From NCBI GenBank assembly GCA_025061115.1, contig JANZKC010000004.1, forward strand, positions 135,171 through 199,170: 64,000 bases of DNA, given 5' to 3'. Each line of letters starts with the position of its first letter. Positions within the stretch are counted from its first letter, which is position 1. Shown here piece by piece: positions 9,523-20,387 of this stretch. The stretch is from Candidatus Culexmicrobium cathedralense. GTDB taxonomy: Archaea; Thermoproteota; Methanomethylicia; Culexarchaeales; Culexmicrobiaceae. Made by a program: the position numbers and the translations under genes. Below the pieces are notes generated by a model. It made no database searches. It saw only the letters and a list, made by a program, of their open reading frames with translations, and was not told the origin of the DNA.

Positions 9523-12500
9523 ATGAAACTCATCTTGAGTTTCAATGAAATATCCAGACTGGGAAAACATTCATGGAAAAATTTGACTGATGAGCATAAA
9601 AAATTAAGTGAAGATTTAATAATCAGCATAAAGGACTATCTTGAAAATAAAAAGAAAAGACATTATGCTCATGTTATTGTTGCACCCTATGGATCAGGAA
9701 AATCAACATTATTAGACTACTTGGCATATTACACTTGGAAAGAGCTTAAACGGCCTGCAATAATAGCTAATATGAACAGGATCTTAGAGTACATAAATAA
9801 TAAGTATAAAAAGGAAACTAAAGGTAAGCTACCCGAAGATAAGCTACCTGATATATTGGAGGAATTTTTCAAAGATTCATTGATTATGCTAAAAAATATA
9901 ATACTTCATGAAAACAATGTGCCGTTACCATTACGCTCAATTATTCCATTAAATGACATAATTTCAATAATTGATACTTTTCTTCAGAAAAATATAAGAG
10001 GATTACTATTAATAGATGAAGTTGAAGAGGCATTAAAGCAATTAAAAAATACAATAAATTACGTCACAAGCCCCTTTAGAGGATTATTTGATGCAATATA
10101 CAATACTACATCAAAAATTTATGTAGTGATCGCTTTTGGACCTCAAAGCGTATTAATGGAAGACATTCTAGGCTTATCCTCTGGATGGCGTAATGTAGTT
10201 AAAAGCATACCTTTATCCTCTCCTAGTATGATTTTTAATGAACTTCAAAGGCTTCTTCCCAACGAAGAAAAGAAAATCTTAAGACTTCTTTCAAATACTT
10301 TATGGTGGATAAGTAAAGGAGGACGGCCCGGATGGGTTTATAACTTTATAGAACAAAGTTTTCCAAGAAAGGTTATTCATTGTTTAAAAAATTTTAATGA
10401 AAAAAAGGAGCTAATTTACGATGATGAGTTACTAAAAGCTCTCAAGAAAGAAGTTGTTAAGGGTATACCCTGCTTTTCAGAATACGACTATATGAATATA
10501 CTTAACTTCTTGCCAAGCGATAGCTATATAGAAAGAAATCTCTTTAAAGTACTACTCGTCTTGATAGGTCCCCTGAGTGAAAATGATATTAGGAGTTTAG
10601 GAATAAATTACGACCGCTGCATTAAATTAAACCCCAAGATATTTGTCGTAGGAGATAAATTGATTCCTTATGATGCTTTCATCACGGCGGTTAGAAGAGA
10701 TCTAGAGAAAGTTGCTAAAAGTCGAAAAGCACTCGATTATAGAGATGGCAAAATTATTGAAAGAGCCATAAACCTTCTTGCCTTAGTTTTTAGTGCTTGG
10801 TCAGCCTTTGTCAATAAAATCCCCATGATATTAGATGAGAGAGATGCGTGGCAAGAACTTAAAGACATAGCAGCTGACTTAAGTCGAGAAATGTATGATA
10901 CAGAAACAGCCCGCCTAATAGAAAATTTTGAAATTCGTTGGCTTAAAATACCAAAAGAAGCCTATACTCCCGATGGTATAGTCTATGTAGCAATGCATCC
11001 AAGAATTATTGAAAATATTTACCCTCCAATATTTTCTATCCCTCTAATAGGTAAAGCGCGTCTAGATGGAATAGATGAAGTATACCCGTTTCTACGAGAT
11101 CAAGATTTAGAATATCTATCTGAATTAGCACAACAGCTTTTTGGCATTTTAGCTCACATCTTAAGCAATCAGAAAAATCAAGTTAAAGATGTTGCTGAAA
11201 AATATCTACTGGTGCCAATTATAGACGGAAGTAATTTGAATAAAATAAAAGAGTACATATTTAACAGTAAACTTAATGGAAAACATCCAATTTTAATTCC
11301 ACTAAGTCCATCAGGTGAAAAACTGAAAAAAACAATAGACCTACTTAAGAAGGAACTTAAAAGTTTTGATGAATTGCAAATAACTACAATATTAGAAAGA
11401 ATTAGTCCTCGTATGTCCATTTTTGTATTAGGCATTCTTTATGATATTGCTCATCAGGGCAAAAATGAAATATTATATACAGAGAGTGAAGAGGGATTAG
11501 CGAGAATAGAAAGAAGAATATTAGAGTCATATTCACGACAACTACTATTAATACTTTATGAAGCCATAATGGAAACAAAACGTGCCATAAGTTTGCAAGA
11601 ACTATTACCTGATTATGTTTTAGAGCTTTGTAAGAAACTTGATGAGCAGGCTCATAGTAAGTTAGGATCAAAAAGAGCAGAAGACCTTTGGTGCGTTCTT
11701 GCATCTCAAAAGACTATTGAAATATACGAAAAAATAATTGAATGTTTGAATGAAATTAATCATTTGACATCGGACCTTGTTGAGATTATTTATCCCGATG
11801 AAAGAGAGATCATTAAGGGCTTGCTAGTTAAAAAAGGCGCCTTAGATTATGTGAGGGATGCAAAAAGTTTATTTGAAAAATTATCTAAATGCTTAAGAGA
11901 TAATAACACATTTAATATGCTAAAATTAATATTAGAAGATGTTTTGAATCAAGAAAAATACATAGATTCTTTATTTAACAGAATTCAACATTCACTAAAA
12001 GAAATCTTTAAAGAAATTGAATATAAGAGTGTTTGGTACGCATTAACGTCATATTTGACTCATATGCTGGCAGATCAATGCTCAAATCCTTATATTAAAG
12101 GATTAAATGGAAAAGACTTGCAATTTGAAAAATCCAAGCTTAAAATTAAGTTAGGTAAATTGAAAGATAAACTTAATATTAATAAGCTTAAAGAACTTGC
12201 TAACTTAATGGAAAATTACCATTTGCCACAATTCATAGAAATGTTAAGAGAAAGACTTGAAAAATTTGAGAAAGTGTTAAACAAACTAAAATCTTTAATA
12301 GAAGATCTTAAACCAACAAATATCTATGAAAAATGGACTTATACTGTTGCTTTTATTAAAAAAGAAGCTGAAAGAAGTTTTATGGAGAACATAACAACTA
12401 TACTTGAAAACCTTGATAGTAAACTTTTGGGTAGCTATGCTAGTTATTTAACTCAAATTAGCGATATCTTTACGAAGACAATCCCAGATTTAAAAAGTAG

Positions 12501-12720
12501 AATCTATAATATTAGCGAAAGTGGAGAACCGGTTCTCAATGAAGATTTGAAAACAATACTCAAAAGAAATTCAAATCTTAAGAGTTTGCGTGATCAACTT
12601 CAAAATTATATAACTCAATTACAAGGCGCGCTAAATGACCTAGGCAGGTACCCCATTAAACATGACTTCAAGAAACTGCTCACTCTCCTTGATGAGATAA
12701 ACGAGATGATGATGGTATGA
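9523..12720 (+). CDS. large P-loop ATPase with helical/coiled-coil C-terminus (DpdH-like)
   Basis: Walker A APYGSGKST, Walker B LLLIDEVEE, GGRPG motif; ~1065 aa; first gene of the helicase-PLD operon. Confidence 0.7.
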   Translation: MKLILSFNEISRLGKHSWKNLTDEHKKLSEDLIISIKDYLENKKKRHYAHVIVAPYGSGKSTLLDYLAYYTWKELKRPAIIANMNRILEYINNKYKKETKGKLPEDKLPDILEEFFKDSLIMLKNIILHENNVPLPLRSIIPLNDIISIIDTFLQKNIRGLLLIDEVEEALKQLKNTINYVTSPFRGLFDAIYNTTSKIYVVIAFGPQSVLMEDILGLSSGWRNVVKSIPLSSPSMIFNELQRLLPNEEKKILRLLSNTLWWISKGGRPGWVYNFIEQSFPRKVIHCLKNFNEKKELIYDDELLKALKKEVVKGIPCFSEYDYMNILNFLPSDSYIERNLFKVLLVLIGPLSENDIRSLGINYDRCIKLNPKIFVVGDKLIPYDAFITAVRRDLEKVAKSRKALDYRDGKIIERAINLLALVFSAWSAFVNKIPMILDERDAWQELKDIAADLSREMYDTETARLIENFEIRWLKIPKEAYTPDGIVYVAMHPRIIENIYPPIFSIPLIGKARLDGIDEVYPFLRDQDLEYLSELAQQLFGILAHILSNQKNQVKDVAEKYLLVPIIDGSNLNKIKEYIFNSKLNGKHPILIPLSPSGEKLKKTIDLLKKELKSFDELQITTILERISPRMSIFVLGILYDIAHQGKNEILYTESEEGLARIERRILESYSRQLLLILYEAIMETKRAISLQELLPDYVLELCKKLDEQAHSKLGSKRAEDLWCVLASQKTIEIYEKIIECLNEINHLTSDLVEIIYPDEREIIKGLLVKKGALDYVRDAKSLFEKLSKCLRDNNTFNMLKLILEDVLNQEKYIDSLFNRIQHSLKEIFKEIEYKSVWYALTSYLTHMLADQCSNPYIKGLNGKDLQFEKSKLKIKLGKLKDKLNINKLKELANLMENYHLPQFIEMLRERLEKFEKVLNKLKSLIEDLKPTNIYEKWTYTVAFIKKEAERSFMENITTILENLDSKLLGSYASYLTQISDIFTKTIPDLKSRIYNISESGEPVLNEDLKTILKRNSNLKSLRDQLQNYITQLQGALNDLGRYPIKHDFKKLLTLLDEINEMMMV

Positions 12721-13961
12721 TAAAAGGAAAAGCAATTGATTTCCTTAAAAAAATAAGTAATGAAAGACGTGAAATTGAACAACACTTAAAAGAGTCATTA
12801 GAATATGCAGAAAAAATTAAAGAAATTATAGAAAATTATCCTGATTTTTGCAACCATATCCGAAGACCATCTAAGCCGAAAGGGTTATGTCTAGATGAAA
12901 TAAAGCAATGTAAGAATGAACTACAAGAAATTTATATTGAGCTAATTGCTACAGCTGTCTTGAATAGTTTAAATATGGATTTTATTACTAAATCATCACT
13001 TATAGGCATAGTCCAACCTATAGCTGAAGAAATCCATGAAGGAGTCTTGTCTTTTAAAAACCTAATAATGCCAAAAGAATTTGGTATAGCTTTGTCAGAA
13101 GCTATATCGAGCTACGATCCTAATGTTGTACGTTCTGTTATCAAAAGCCTTTATACCGAGGATTTAGAAAATATTATGAAAATTAATGATGTAATTTCTA
13201 AGGTGAAGAAGAATGCAATTACATTTTACGGTAAAGATCATGCGAAAGAAATAGAAGAATTGTTGCTTAACTTGTTAAAACATTATGTGAGAAAGATTTT
13301 TGATAAAGAGGTAACTGTAAAAATAATGCTCGATGAAATAAAAGAACTTCAAGAACTAATACATGAAGCATATGTTATGACAACAAATTGTAATGCTATT
13401 TCTATACCTCGAACTAATGTATTAAAGAATTATATGATTAGGGCCTTCGCAACAACAATATGTGATTATCTGAATAAACTTATTAAGACGTGTCATCAGT
13501 TACAAGAATTGCCTAAACAAAGTAAATGTACTAAATGGAAAGAAAATATTGAAAAAACATTAAAAAATATTAAGCTTCTTATTAGTGAAATTGAAGATGA
13601 AAAATATTCTAAATTATTTAAAATACAAAAAATAATAAATAAATTAGATATATCTAATAACATTAAAAATAATATCGCTTCCTTAATACAAAAAATGTTA
13701 CAAAAAAATGGGCATTTAAATGAAAAACTTTGGTTAGAACTTGATGAAAAGTTAAACAATATTTTTAGAGGAACGATAAATGACGAACAACAAATATTAC
13801 TTAATGTAATTTTTTCAATGTTAACTGATGAAAAACGTGAGATGACTATTATAGAAATAATTGAACATGCCACGAAGAAAGTGGCTAATAAGGATAAGAT
13901 GCTTAAAGCGTTGTATGAGCTTTGTGAAAAAGGCTTGGTAGAGTGTTTTGTAAGGGTGTAG
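12717..13961 (+). CDS. helical/coiled-coil protein with possible C-terminal wHTH (in the DpdI position)
   Basis: ATGA overlap with the ATPase; C-terminal MTIIEII..LKALYELCEKGLVE wHTH-like pattern. Confidence 0.55.
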   Translation: MIKGKAIDFLKKISNERREIEQHLKESLEYAEKIKEIIENYPDFCNHIRRPSKPKGLCLDEIKQCKNELQEIYIELIATAVLNSLNMDFITKSSLIGIVQPIAEEIHEGVLSFKNLIMPKEFGIALSEAISSYDPNVVRSVIKSLYTEDLENIMKINDVISKVKKNAITFYGKDHAKEIEELLLNLLKHYVRKIFDKEVTVKIMLDEIKELQELIHEAYVMTTNCNAISIPRTNVLKNYMIRAFATTICDYLNKLIKTCHQLQELPKQSKCTKWKENIEKTLKNIKLLISEIEDEKYSKLFKIQKIINKLDISNNIKNNIASLIQKMLQKNGHLNEKLWLELDEKLNNIFRGTINDEQQILLNVIFSMLTDEKREMTIIEIIEHATKKVANKDKMLKALYELCEKGLVECFVRV

Positions 13962-13965
13962 ATTC

Positions 13966-16593
13966 ATGCCTCTTCCCGTTCCCCCTAAAAATATTGTAGA
14001 AATATTTACCACTAATGGTCGTAGTGAGGATTTTGCTAAAAGATACGTTGCTAATGCTATTTTATCATTAATTGAAGAAAAAGAACAGCAACATATACAA
14101 AACCTGGATTATGATGCTTGGGTAAAACTTTCTTATAAAGATATATGCGAGAAGATTATAGAATATGTGAACCATTTTGCTCGTGCAATTAATTCAAGGG
14201 GTTTGTCGTATGATGATGTAAACCATTCTGAACTATCTGAATATATAGCATGTGTTCTTTACACATTTGCGTCAGAAGGTATTTATGAGGCGCATCATAG
14301 CCGCTACATAATAATAAGGGGTGAATATGATGTTAATGCAATTAAGGATAAATTGACGAATAGCTTTCTAGAGGTCAGAAGTAGGTTTATTGAAATCGCA
14401 CGTAACCTTGTGAAAGTAAAACAAAGATTTTGGAATACATCGATATATGAGGCAAAACCATTGATAGATAGAGTTTTTGCATACGTTGAACCAAGGTTTT
14501 TACCTATTGATGTTGTTGATATATATCAAATTTTGGATGCCCTGGCTGAGAGAGTTAAAGTATTATATGAGGTTTTTTGTGGGAAGTTACGTAAAGAAGA
14601 GAATTCTCAAACAAAGGATTTCCTTGGGGAAGTTGTAAAAAATTTTCTTCAAAAAGTTATAAAATTTAGGCTTTACGAATATCAGGTGCGAGGATTAATA
14701 CAAATTTTAAATAACGTTAAAGATTGCATCGATAAATGCGTGGAAAGAGCAGTAGTATTACAAGCACCAACAGGTTCCGGAAAAACTGAAGCTTTCGTTT
14801 TGTCGATTATTCTTGCTTCTCTTGCGTATAAAGCCGCTTTAGATTGGGATAATAAATCACCTGCTGCGCTCATTATTTACCCGCGTAGAGCTTTAGCAAC
14901 AGATCAACTGAAACGACTAATTACTTATTTATTCCATATCAATAATGTACTTAAAGATGTTGGTAATAGGAGAAAACAAAAGTATGCCAAGTTAAGGCTT
15001 TCAATTAATTATACTGAAATAAGACCTATGAGAGAATATGAGGCTTTAGCAAAAAAGGTTCAACAAGAGAAGCCTAGAGAGTGGAAAGAATATAAAATGA
15101 ATTACATAAAGGTATTGTCGAAATATAGCAATGAAGGTGAAGTTTTAGTAAAATTGCCATTTCTGTGGCTACCTGAAAGTGATGAAAATCCCTGTATTGT
15201 AGTCTCATCAGACAGTTACATATGGTATAACCAGGACATGGATTTTGTTACAGTAACTAAAGAAGATGTTTATGAAAAACCAGGCGACATTCATGTAACC
15301 CTATTTGAGACCTTGAGAAATAACTTAAGAAATAAAAGAGCACATCCTATTTTTGGTTTTCCTTATGAGTATGGTCCCTTTATAATTGTATTAGATGAAG
15401 TGCATACTTATATAGGCATAACAGGCGCAAGATACGCGTATCTTCTCGATAGATTATTAATGGTTATTAAATGCCGTACCAATCGCCATACAAGAGGTGT
15501 TTTGTTTGTATGTGTAAGTGCTACTGTACCTAATCCTGAAAACTTTATAAAAAAATTATTAGCTGTAAAAGAATTTGCCATAGTGTCTCCGAGAGAAGCA
15601 GAGACTATCCCCCTTGGGAACGAATATTTCTACGTAATAATTCCTACGACCAAATATCTTGTAAACCACTTAGCAGTTTCTATACAAGCTGCTATGGTTC
15701 TGCATTTCAATATACCTGCATTAATTGAAGAAAAAGGAAAGAAAAAGAAGAGTTTTATCTTTTCGGACAACCTTGACGTCATCGAAAGATTTCGAAGAGA
15801 CTTTGGAGATGCCATTAATAGAAAATTGCAAGATCTCAGAAATCCCCTAGATCCTGCTTTTTACGATAAGACGATTAAGGAGTTTGGTGATGGACTATGT
15901 TGGAAAGAAGCACTTGATAAACCGTGGTTACTAGAATACCTTAAGTCGTGGAAAGAGGGTGAATATTGGTGGCCGTATGCATTGGAGAAAAAAGAGGGAT
16001 TAACATTTGACAAATTATCAAAATATACGGGACCTGAAAAAGGAGATGTAAAAGAGAGTGATATTGTCGTTGCAGATTCTGCGCTGGAGTTAGGGGTGGA
16101 TTATAGGGATGTTGTCGTAATATATCAACACGGCATTCCATTAAGTATTGCTTCATTAATACAAAGAGCCGGACGTTCAGGTAGAATTGTGCGAGACAAC
16201 CCCCTTGTAAGGGTGGCTGTAGCAGTAATGTTATCTCCATACATCCCTTCACAGGCAGCTCTATTCCAACTTCTTATTAGAAGCGAATCATTAAGGAATG
16301 TTCTTGAATATGAAAGTTTGAATATACCTGTTGGCAATAAGAAATTAATAGCTCAAACTATAGTGGAAAGTATTTTAGATTATATGTCGTTAAAACCCCA
16401 ACACTTAATGAGGTTTGAAGATATCGAAAAAAGATTACTTACATTCTTAAATAAAGAGGGGCGCTCCATTGTTCAATATATTAAAGATATGTTGAGGAGG
16501 CGTGCGGTTATGCTAAAACTCGAGATAGATGATGTGATAAAAAGCACATTAGATACATTAATCGAAGAACTGAAAGATGCTTGGGAGGCTTAA
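13966..16593 (+). CDS. SF2 DEAD/DEAH-box helicase (DpdJ N-terminal part / DrmA-like)
   Basis: Q motif LYEYQ, APTGSGKTE, IYPRRALATDQ, LDEVH, SAT, ALELGVD, QRAGRSGR. Confidence 0.9.
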   Translation: MPLPVPPKNIVEIFTTNGRSEDFAKRYVANAILSLIEEKEQQHIQNLDYDAWVKLSYKDICEKIIEYVNHFARAINSRGLSYDDVNHSELSEYIACVLYTFASEGIYEAHHSRYIIIRGEYDVNAIKDKLTNSFLEVRSRFIEIARNLVKVKQRFWNTSIYEAKPLIDRVFAYVEPRFLPIDVVDIYQILDALAERVKVLYEVFCGKLRKEENSQTKDFLGEVVKNFLQKVIKFRLYEYQVRGLIQILNNVKDCIDKCVERAVVLQAPTGSGKTEAFVLSIILASLAYKAALDWDNKSPAALIIYPRRALATDQLKRLITYLFHINNVLKDVGNRRKQKYAKLRLSINYTEIRPMREYEALAKKVQQEKPREWKEYKMNYIKVLSKYSNEGEVLVKLPFLWLPESDENPCIVVSSDSYIWYNQDMDFVTVTKEDVYEKPGDIHVTLFETLRNNLRNKRAHPIFGFPYEYGPFIIVLDEVHTYIGITGARYAYLLDRLLMVIKCRTNRHTRGVLFVCVSATVPNPENFIKKLLAVKEFAIVSPREAETIPLGNEYFYVIIPTTKYLVNHLAVSIQAAMVLHFNIPALIEEKGKKKKSFIFSDNLDVIERFRRDFGDAINRKLQDLRNPLDPAFYDKTIKEFGDGLCWKEALDKPWLLEYLKSWKEGEYWWPYALEKKEGLTFDKLSKYTGPEKGDVKESDIVVADSALELGVDYRDVVVIYQHGIPLSIASLIQRAGRSGRIVRDNPLVRVAVAVMLSPYIPSQAALFQLLIRSESLRNVLEYESLNIPVGNKKLIAQTIVESILDYMSLKPQHLMRFEDIEKRLLTFLNKEGRSIVQYIKDMLRRRAVMLKLEIDDVIKSTLDTLIEELKDAWEA

Positions 16594-18911
16594 AATTGTT
16601 CAAATTAAGTCATACAAAGGTCTTATGCAGATATCTCCCTCCTACTCTATTTATGGAAACAAATCTACCTGCCGTTAAAATTAAAATGGGGAAAAAGAAC
16701 GTGAGGAGTGAAGATATTGAACTATCTTTATCAACATATTTACCAGGAAAAGTAAGCTTTAGATGCGTTCCTGGTCTCATAGTACCTATTTATAAATCTC
16801 GTAAACGCAGGAAAAATAAACTTGTAATTATCACCGATAAGGTATATGAGCTTAGAAGCCCACTGTTAAGCTCTCATGAAAAAGAAAAAATTAGAGAAGA
16901 ATTGCCATTTTCTTTTAAGGTTTATCTAAATACGTTTGGGCTTCCATGGAAAGTAGACTTTTATAGGCTTGGCGGTGTTAATGCTCAGCCTTTTCTTTGG
17001 AATAACGGCTATCACTGGATGTTGTGGTTGACGAAAGAGCATATGATGTCAATAGTTTTTGAAAAGAAAGATATTGAGAACATTCTCAAAAGATATAGAA
17101 TCAAAAACATATACTTTCTAACAGAAAGATCAACTGTTTATCCGCTATTTAATTTGACAGTACTTAAATCTCTTGAAAAAACAGCTAATACTTTGCAATC
17201 TATCGCTAAAAGGCTGGGTTTCAATTTTATTGAAAGTGACGTGAGTTATTACTCAGCTGATATATTTAAGTATCTTTACGCTTTAAATTTAGAACTTGAA
17301 GTTCGCGCTGTCAGATCCTCTCAATATAATAACTCTTGTTCTCTACCCCAGCTTAGAAAAGTTACAAGGTTTAAACGAAAAATCATAGGTACAAGGATAC
17401 TTGCTAGGGATGAAGATATGTTGTCTCCTATATTGTTAGGATTTAAAATTGAAGATACCCCTTTATTGAAGTTAACTCCCGATGTTGAAGAGTTTATAGA
17501 GTATTTTTTAAAGAAAGGCTCGCAATTAATAATTCAAGATTCTTTATCGGGTTATACGAAATATGCTATAATAATGGACTTGACTATAAATCAACTTTTA
17601 GGAGATATAGGTTGCCATAAATTGCTTACCAATTTAAATCATGTTTTTTCGTATTTTGATATTTTCTGCAACGAACCAATACTTGATATTATTGAAAATG
17701 GAGATAATCTGTTTCACTACCTTCTGTGGTTTGACGAAAAACTAAGTGAAACAAGTAAATGCCCTGCAGATCTTTTGATATTTAAAGAGATAATTGGCGA
17801 ACGTTTATCGTCTTGTAACTTTTTATCAAAGATAAAAAAGATAAATCAAAGTATTAAAGAGAAAATCGAGAACAGACTAAAGGAAATTTCAAGTCAAGTT
17901 AAAGAAGCTAAATTTAATATACTAATGTCAATTCTTAATCATACTTTTAGTCACCATTTTCTTAAGGCTATAACTTTTAGAAGTAGTGTCAACAGCAGAT
18001 ACCTCGGAGAAATTTATCATTCATACTTTACCCATCCCAATTCTGGGAAATATAAATCGTTTTATATATATGAAATATCATCAGGAGGCGTTGGAGCCCT
18101 TGAATCTGTTGTAAATACTTGGCAAACAGATAAACAGAGTTTCATTATTGATGTCTTATTGCAAGCAGGGTCGTGTATTATAGGTATGCCTGAAGATTTG
18201 GTCTATAATATGCTACTTAAGAATTATAAGCCGCCTTCATCGATTGATGAGGCGAGATGTTATGTTATACAGGGACTCAAAGACGTAGATCTTCTAATAA
18301 CGCCTGAGGAGTGTGAAGAAGCTGCGAGATTATCGTTTAGTATAACCAAGGAATTTGATATGAGAGGTTGGGACATTGCTAAAGAGGTTGCTTACTGTAG
18401 AAGGGCGCTTGAAGATAAAATTAAAAGAACTGCCTTATCTCATGAAATATGCATTAATGTTCTTAAGAACCTTAGCTCTTGTAAGAATTGCAAAGAAGTG
18501 CTTGAAGAAATCATTCAAAGGACAAGTGAAGCACAGGGTTGGAATGTTGACGTAGAAATTCTAGATGAAATAAGAGAGGCTCTTTTCAATGTAGAAAACA
18601 AATTAGTCGAAAAAATAAGGAAAGGTGATAAAAGCATGAGAAAAATTGTAAGAGAAATTGGAAGGATACTAGAGGCGGCTTTACTGAGATTTGTTCTTAC
18701 ATCATGTCCAACAGCTTGCGGTTGGTGCTATATTAACTCTAGTGGATGTAGTGAAAGCTCAGCACCATGGCTTCAAGCATTGACTCTAAATAGGAGATTG
18801 TTAAAACACTATGCTACATGGACATTAAAGAGGGTTAGAGATAAGAGAAATGAAGGTCTAACCTTAGCTTCAGTAAAAATTGGAGGAGACGTAATAAAAG
18901 TAATAGGGTAG
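16581..18911 (+). CDS. DUF1998-like protein (DpdJ C-terminal part / DrmB-like)
   Basis: HTFSHHFLKAI, YIYEISSGGVGAL and C-terminal CPTACGWC..C zinc cluster typical of DUF1998. Confidence 0.75.
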   Translation: MGGLKLFKLSHTKVLCRYLPPTLFMETNLPAVKIKMGKKNVRSEDIELSLSTYLPGKVSFRCVPGLIVPIYKSRKRRKNKLVIITDKVYELRSPLLSSHEKEKIREELPFSFKVYLNTFGLPWKVDFYRLGGVNAQPFLWNNGYHWMLWLTKEHMMSIVFEKKDIENILKRYRIKNIYFLTERSTVYPLFNLTVLKSLEKTANTLQSIAKRLGFNFIESDVSYYSADIFKYLYALNLELEVRAVRSSQYNNSCSLPQLRKVTRFKRKIIGTRILARDEDMLSPILLGFKIEDTPLLKLTPDVEEFIEYFLKKGSQLIIQDSLSGYTKYAIIMDLTINQLLGDIGCHKLLTNLNHVFSYFDIFCNEPILDIIENGDNLFHYLLWFDEKLSETSKCPADLLIFKEIIGERLSSCNFLSKIKKINQSIKEKIENRLKEISSQVKEAKFNILMSILNHTFSHHFLKAITFRSSVNSRYLGEIYHSYFTHPNSGKYKSFYIYEISSGGVGALESVVNTWQTDKQSFIIDVLLQAGSCIIGMPEDLVYNMLLKNYKPPSSIDEARCYVIQGLKDVDLLITPEECEEAARLSFSITKEFDMRGWDIAKEVAYCRRALEDKIKRTALSHEICINVLKNLSSCKNCKEVLEEIIQRTSEAQGWNVDVEILDEIREALFNVENKLVEKIRKGDKSMRKIVREIGRILEAALLRFVLTSCPTACGWCYINSSGCSESSAPWLQALTLNRRLLKHYATWTLKRVRDKRNEGLTLASVKIGGDVIKVIG

Positions 18912-18915
18912 TTGG

Positions 18916-19692
18916 ATGATCATGTTCTTCATTTACAGAACCATTGGATCAAGTAAGATAGAACAAGCGTTTCTTGACCTTTTTTACGAGGAGTTTTTAA
19001 CTGAGGAACATGATGATATCTATATAATCTCACCATGGATAACACCATTTAGTTTCTCTAAAAAAATTGTAGTATACCCATACATAGTTGCTGATAACAT
19101 TGTAGATGTATTGTTAGGGCTAGTAAAGATAGGCGTTAAAGTTAAGATTCTAACGCGTTGTATTGATGATCTGTTACCTCTTGATAAACTGTATTTAGTG
19201 GATCTTATATTACAGTCCGCAGGTGACGAAGTTAATTACAAAGTGCTACGTGAAATTTATGATTATTTGATAAATGATATTAAATGGGCAATAAATCGTA
19301 TGAAAGCGATAATTCTGCTTTCTAAAAGTGGAATAGAAATAAGGTACGATGTAGGTGAAGATCTTTATTCAAATAGACTTCACTCAAAAATGTATGTGGG
19401 AAGTAAAAAAGCTATTATTGGCTCTGCAAATCTGACACAGAGCGGTATTGTTGATAATAGAGGAAATAAAGAATTCATATTAGTAGTTGATAGAGAAGAG
19501 CCTTTATACGAGAAAATACGAGAAGCTGCCATAAAGTATTTCGAACAAGGATATAACTTTGAAAGATGTGAGAAAAGAATTATTAGAACAATAAATCGCA
19601 TACTTACTGAGAAGTTCATAAGCCTCAACGATTTTATGAAATACATGGAAAGAGTTCTAATATCTATCAGTCCAAAAACCAAATACCGTTAA
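18916..19692 (+). CDS. phospholipase D-family nuclease (DpdK/DrmC-like)
   Basis: IYIISPWI, single HxK motif LHSKMYV..AIIGSANLT..G..N.E. Confidence 0.85.
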   Translation: MIMFFIYRTIGSSKIEQAFLDLFYEEFLTEEHDDIYIISPWITPFSFSKKIVVYPYIVADNIVDVLLGLVKIGVKVKILTRCIDDLLPLDKLYLVDLILQSAGDEVNYKVLREIYDYLINDIKWAINRMKAIILLSKSGIEIRYDVGEDLYSNRLHSKMYVGSKKAIIGSANLTQSGIVDNRGNKEFILVVDREEPLYEKIREAAIKYFEQGYNFERCEKRIIRTINRILTEKFISLNDFMKYMERVLISISPKTKYR

Positions 19693-19881
19693 TATAGCTA
19701 ATATAGCTTATACAAAGCACAGCTCATAGTTAACCTGCGTACACTTATGCAGCTAAGACGATGTTTGCTAATTAATCAGACTTAAACATAAACTACTTCA
19801 CTATTTTTGAATACAAAAATTGTTTATTTTTAGCTACATCTTAAAAATACAAAATGCTCATGAGGAAAATGTGGTGGCAGC

Positions 19882-20172
19882 ATGGTAGACTTAATCATAC
19901 CCCTATTCTATAAGCCGGCCTGGGAGATTGAGCTGGAAGGAAGAGAGCTAGACGTTAGATTCGCAGATGAGCTGAGAAACCTCGGCGACGAATTGAGAGA
20001 TAGACTATACCGAGCAGCAGAACTACATGAAAAACTTCTAGAAAACGGATGGAAAGCAATAGGAGGACAATACGAAATAACCTACCACAAAGACCTAACA
20101 ATAGAAGAAGCACAACAAGAAATCCAAAAACTACAAATAGAAAAATACCTAAGCAGCCTCACCAAAACCTAA
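19882..20172 (+). CDS. small hypothetical protein
   Basis: 96-aa ORF with plausible composition and upstream GGTGG RBS-like sequence. Confidence 0.55.
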   Translation: MVDLIIPLFYKPAWEIELEGRELDVRFADELRNLGDELRDRLYRAAELHEKLLENGWKAIGGQYEITYHKDLTIEEAQQEIQKLQIEKYLSSLTKT

Positions 20173-20387
20173 CAAACAACAAGAAACAAAATCAGCGATC
20201 ACCGTCACTAACAGCTTCGAAGCCAACGCAGAAGGCAAATCAACTTCCCACCCCGAATTCTAAAAGCACTCCCTCAAACCCTCGCAATGAAGATTAAAAC
20301 CCTAACTCTTAAACTAGATAGGCAATTCACATGAATTTTGGGCATTTTTATATATTTGTGGGCATATTTTAAGGGTGAGGGACAAAT

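Larger units (their letters stand above)
4498..19692. other. AT-rich Dpd-like defence island (two divergent operons)
   Basis: Gene content, translational coupling of genes, visibly lower GC than the core genes at 40-55 kb, truncated gene at the left edge. Confidence 0.75.
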
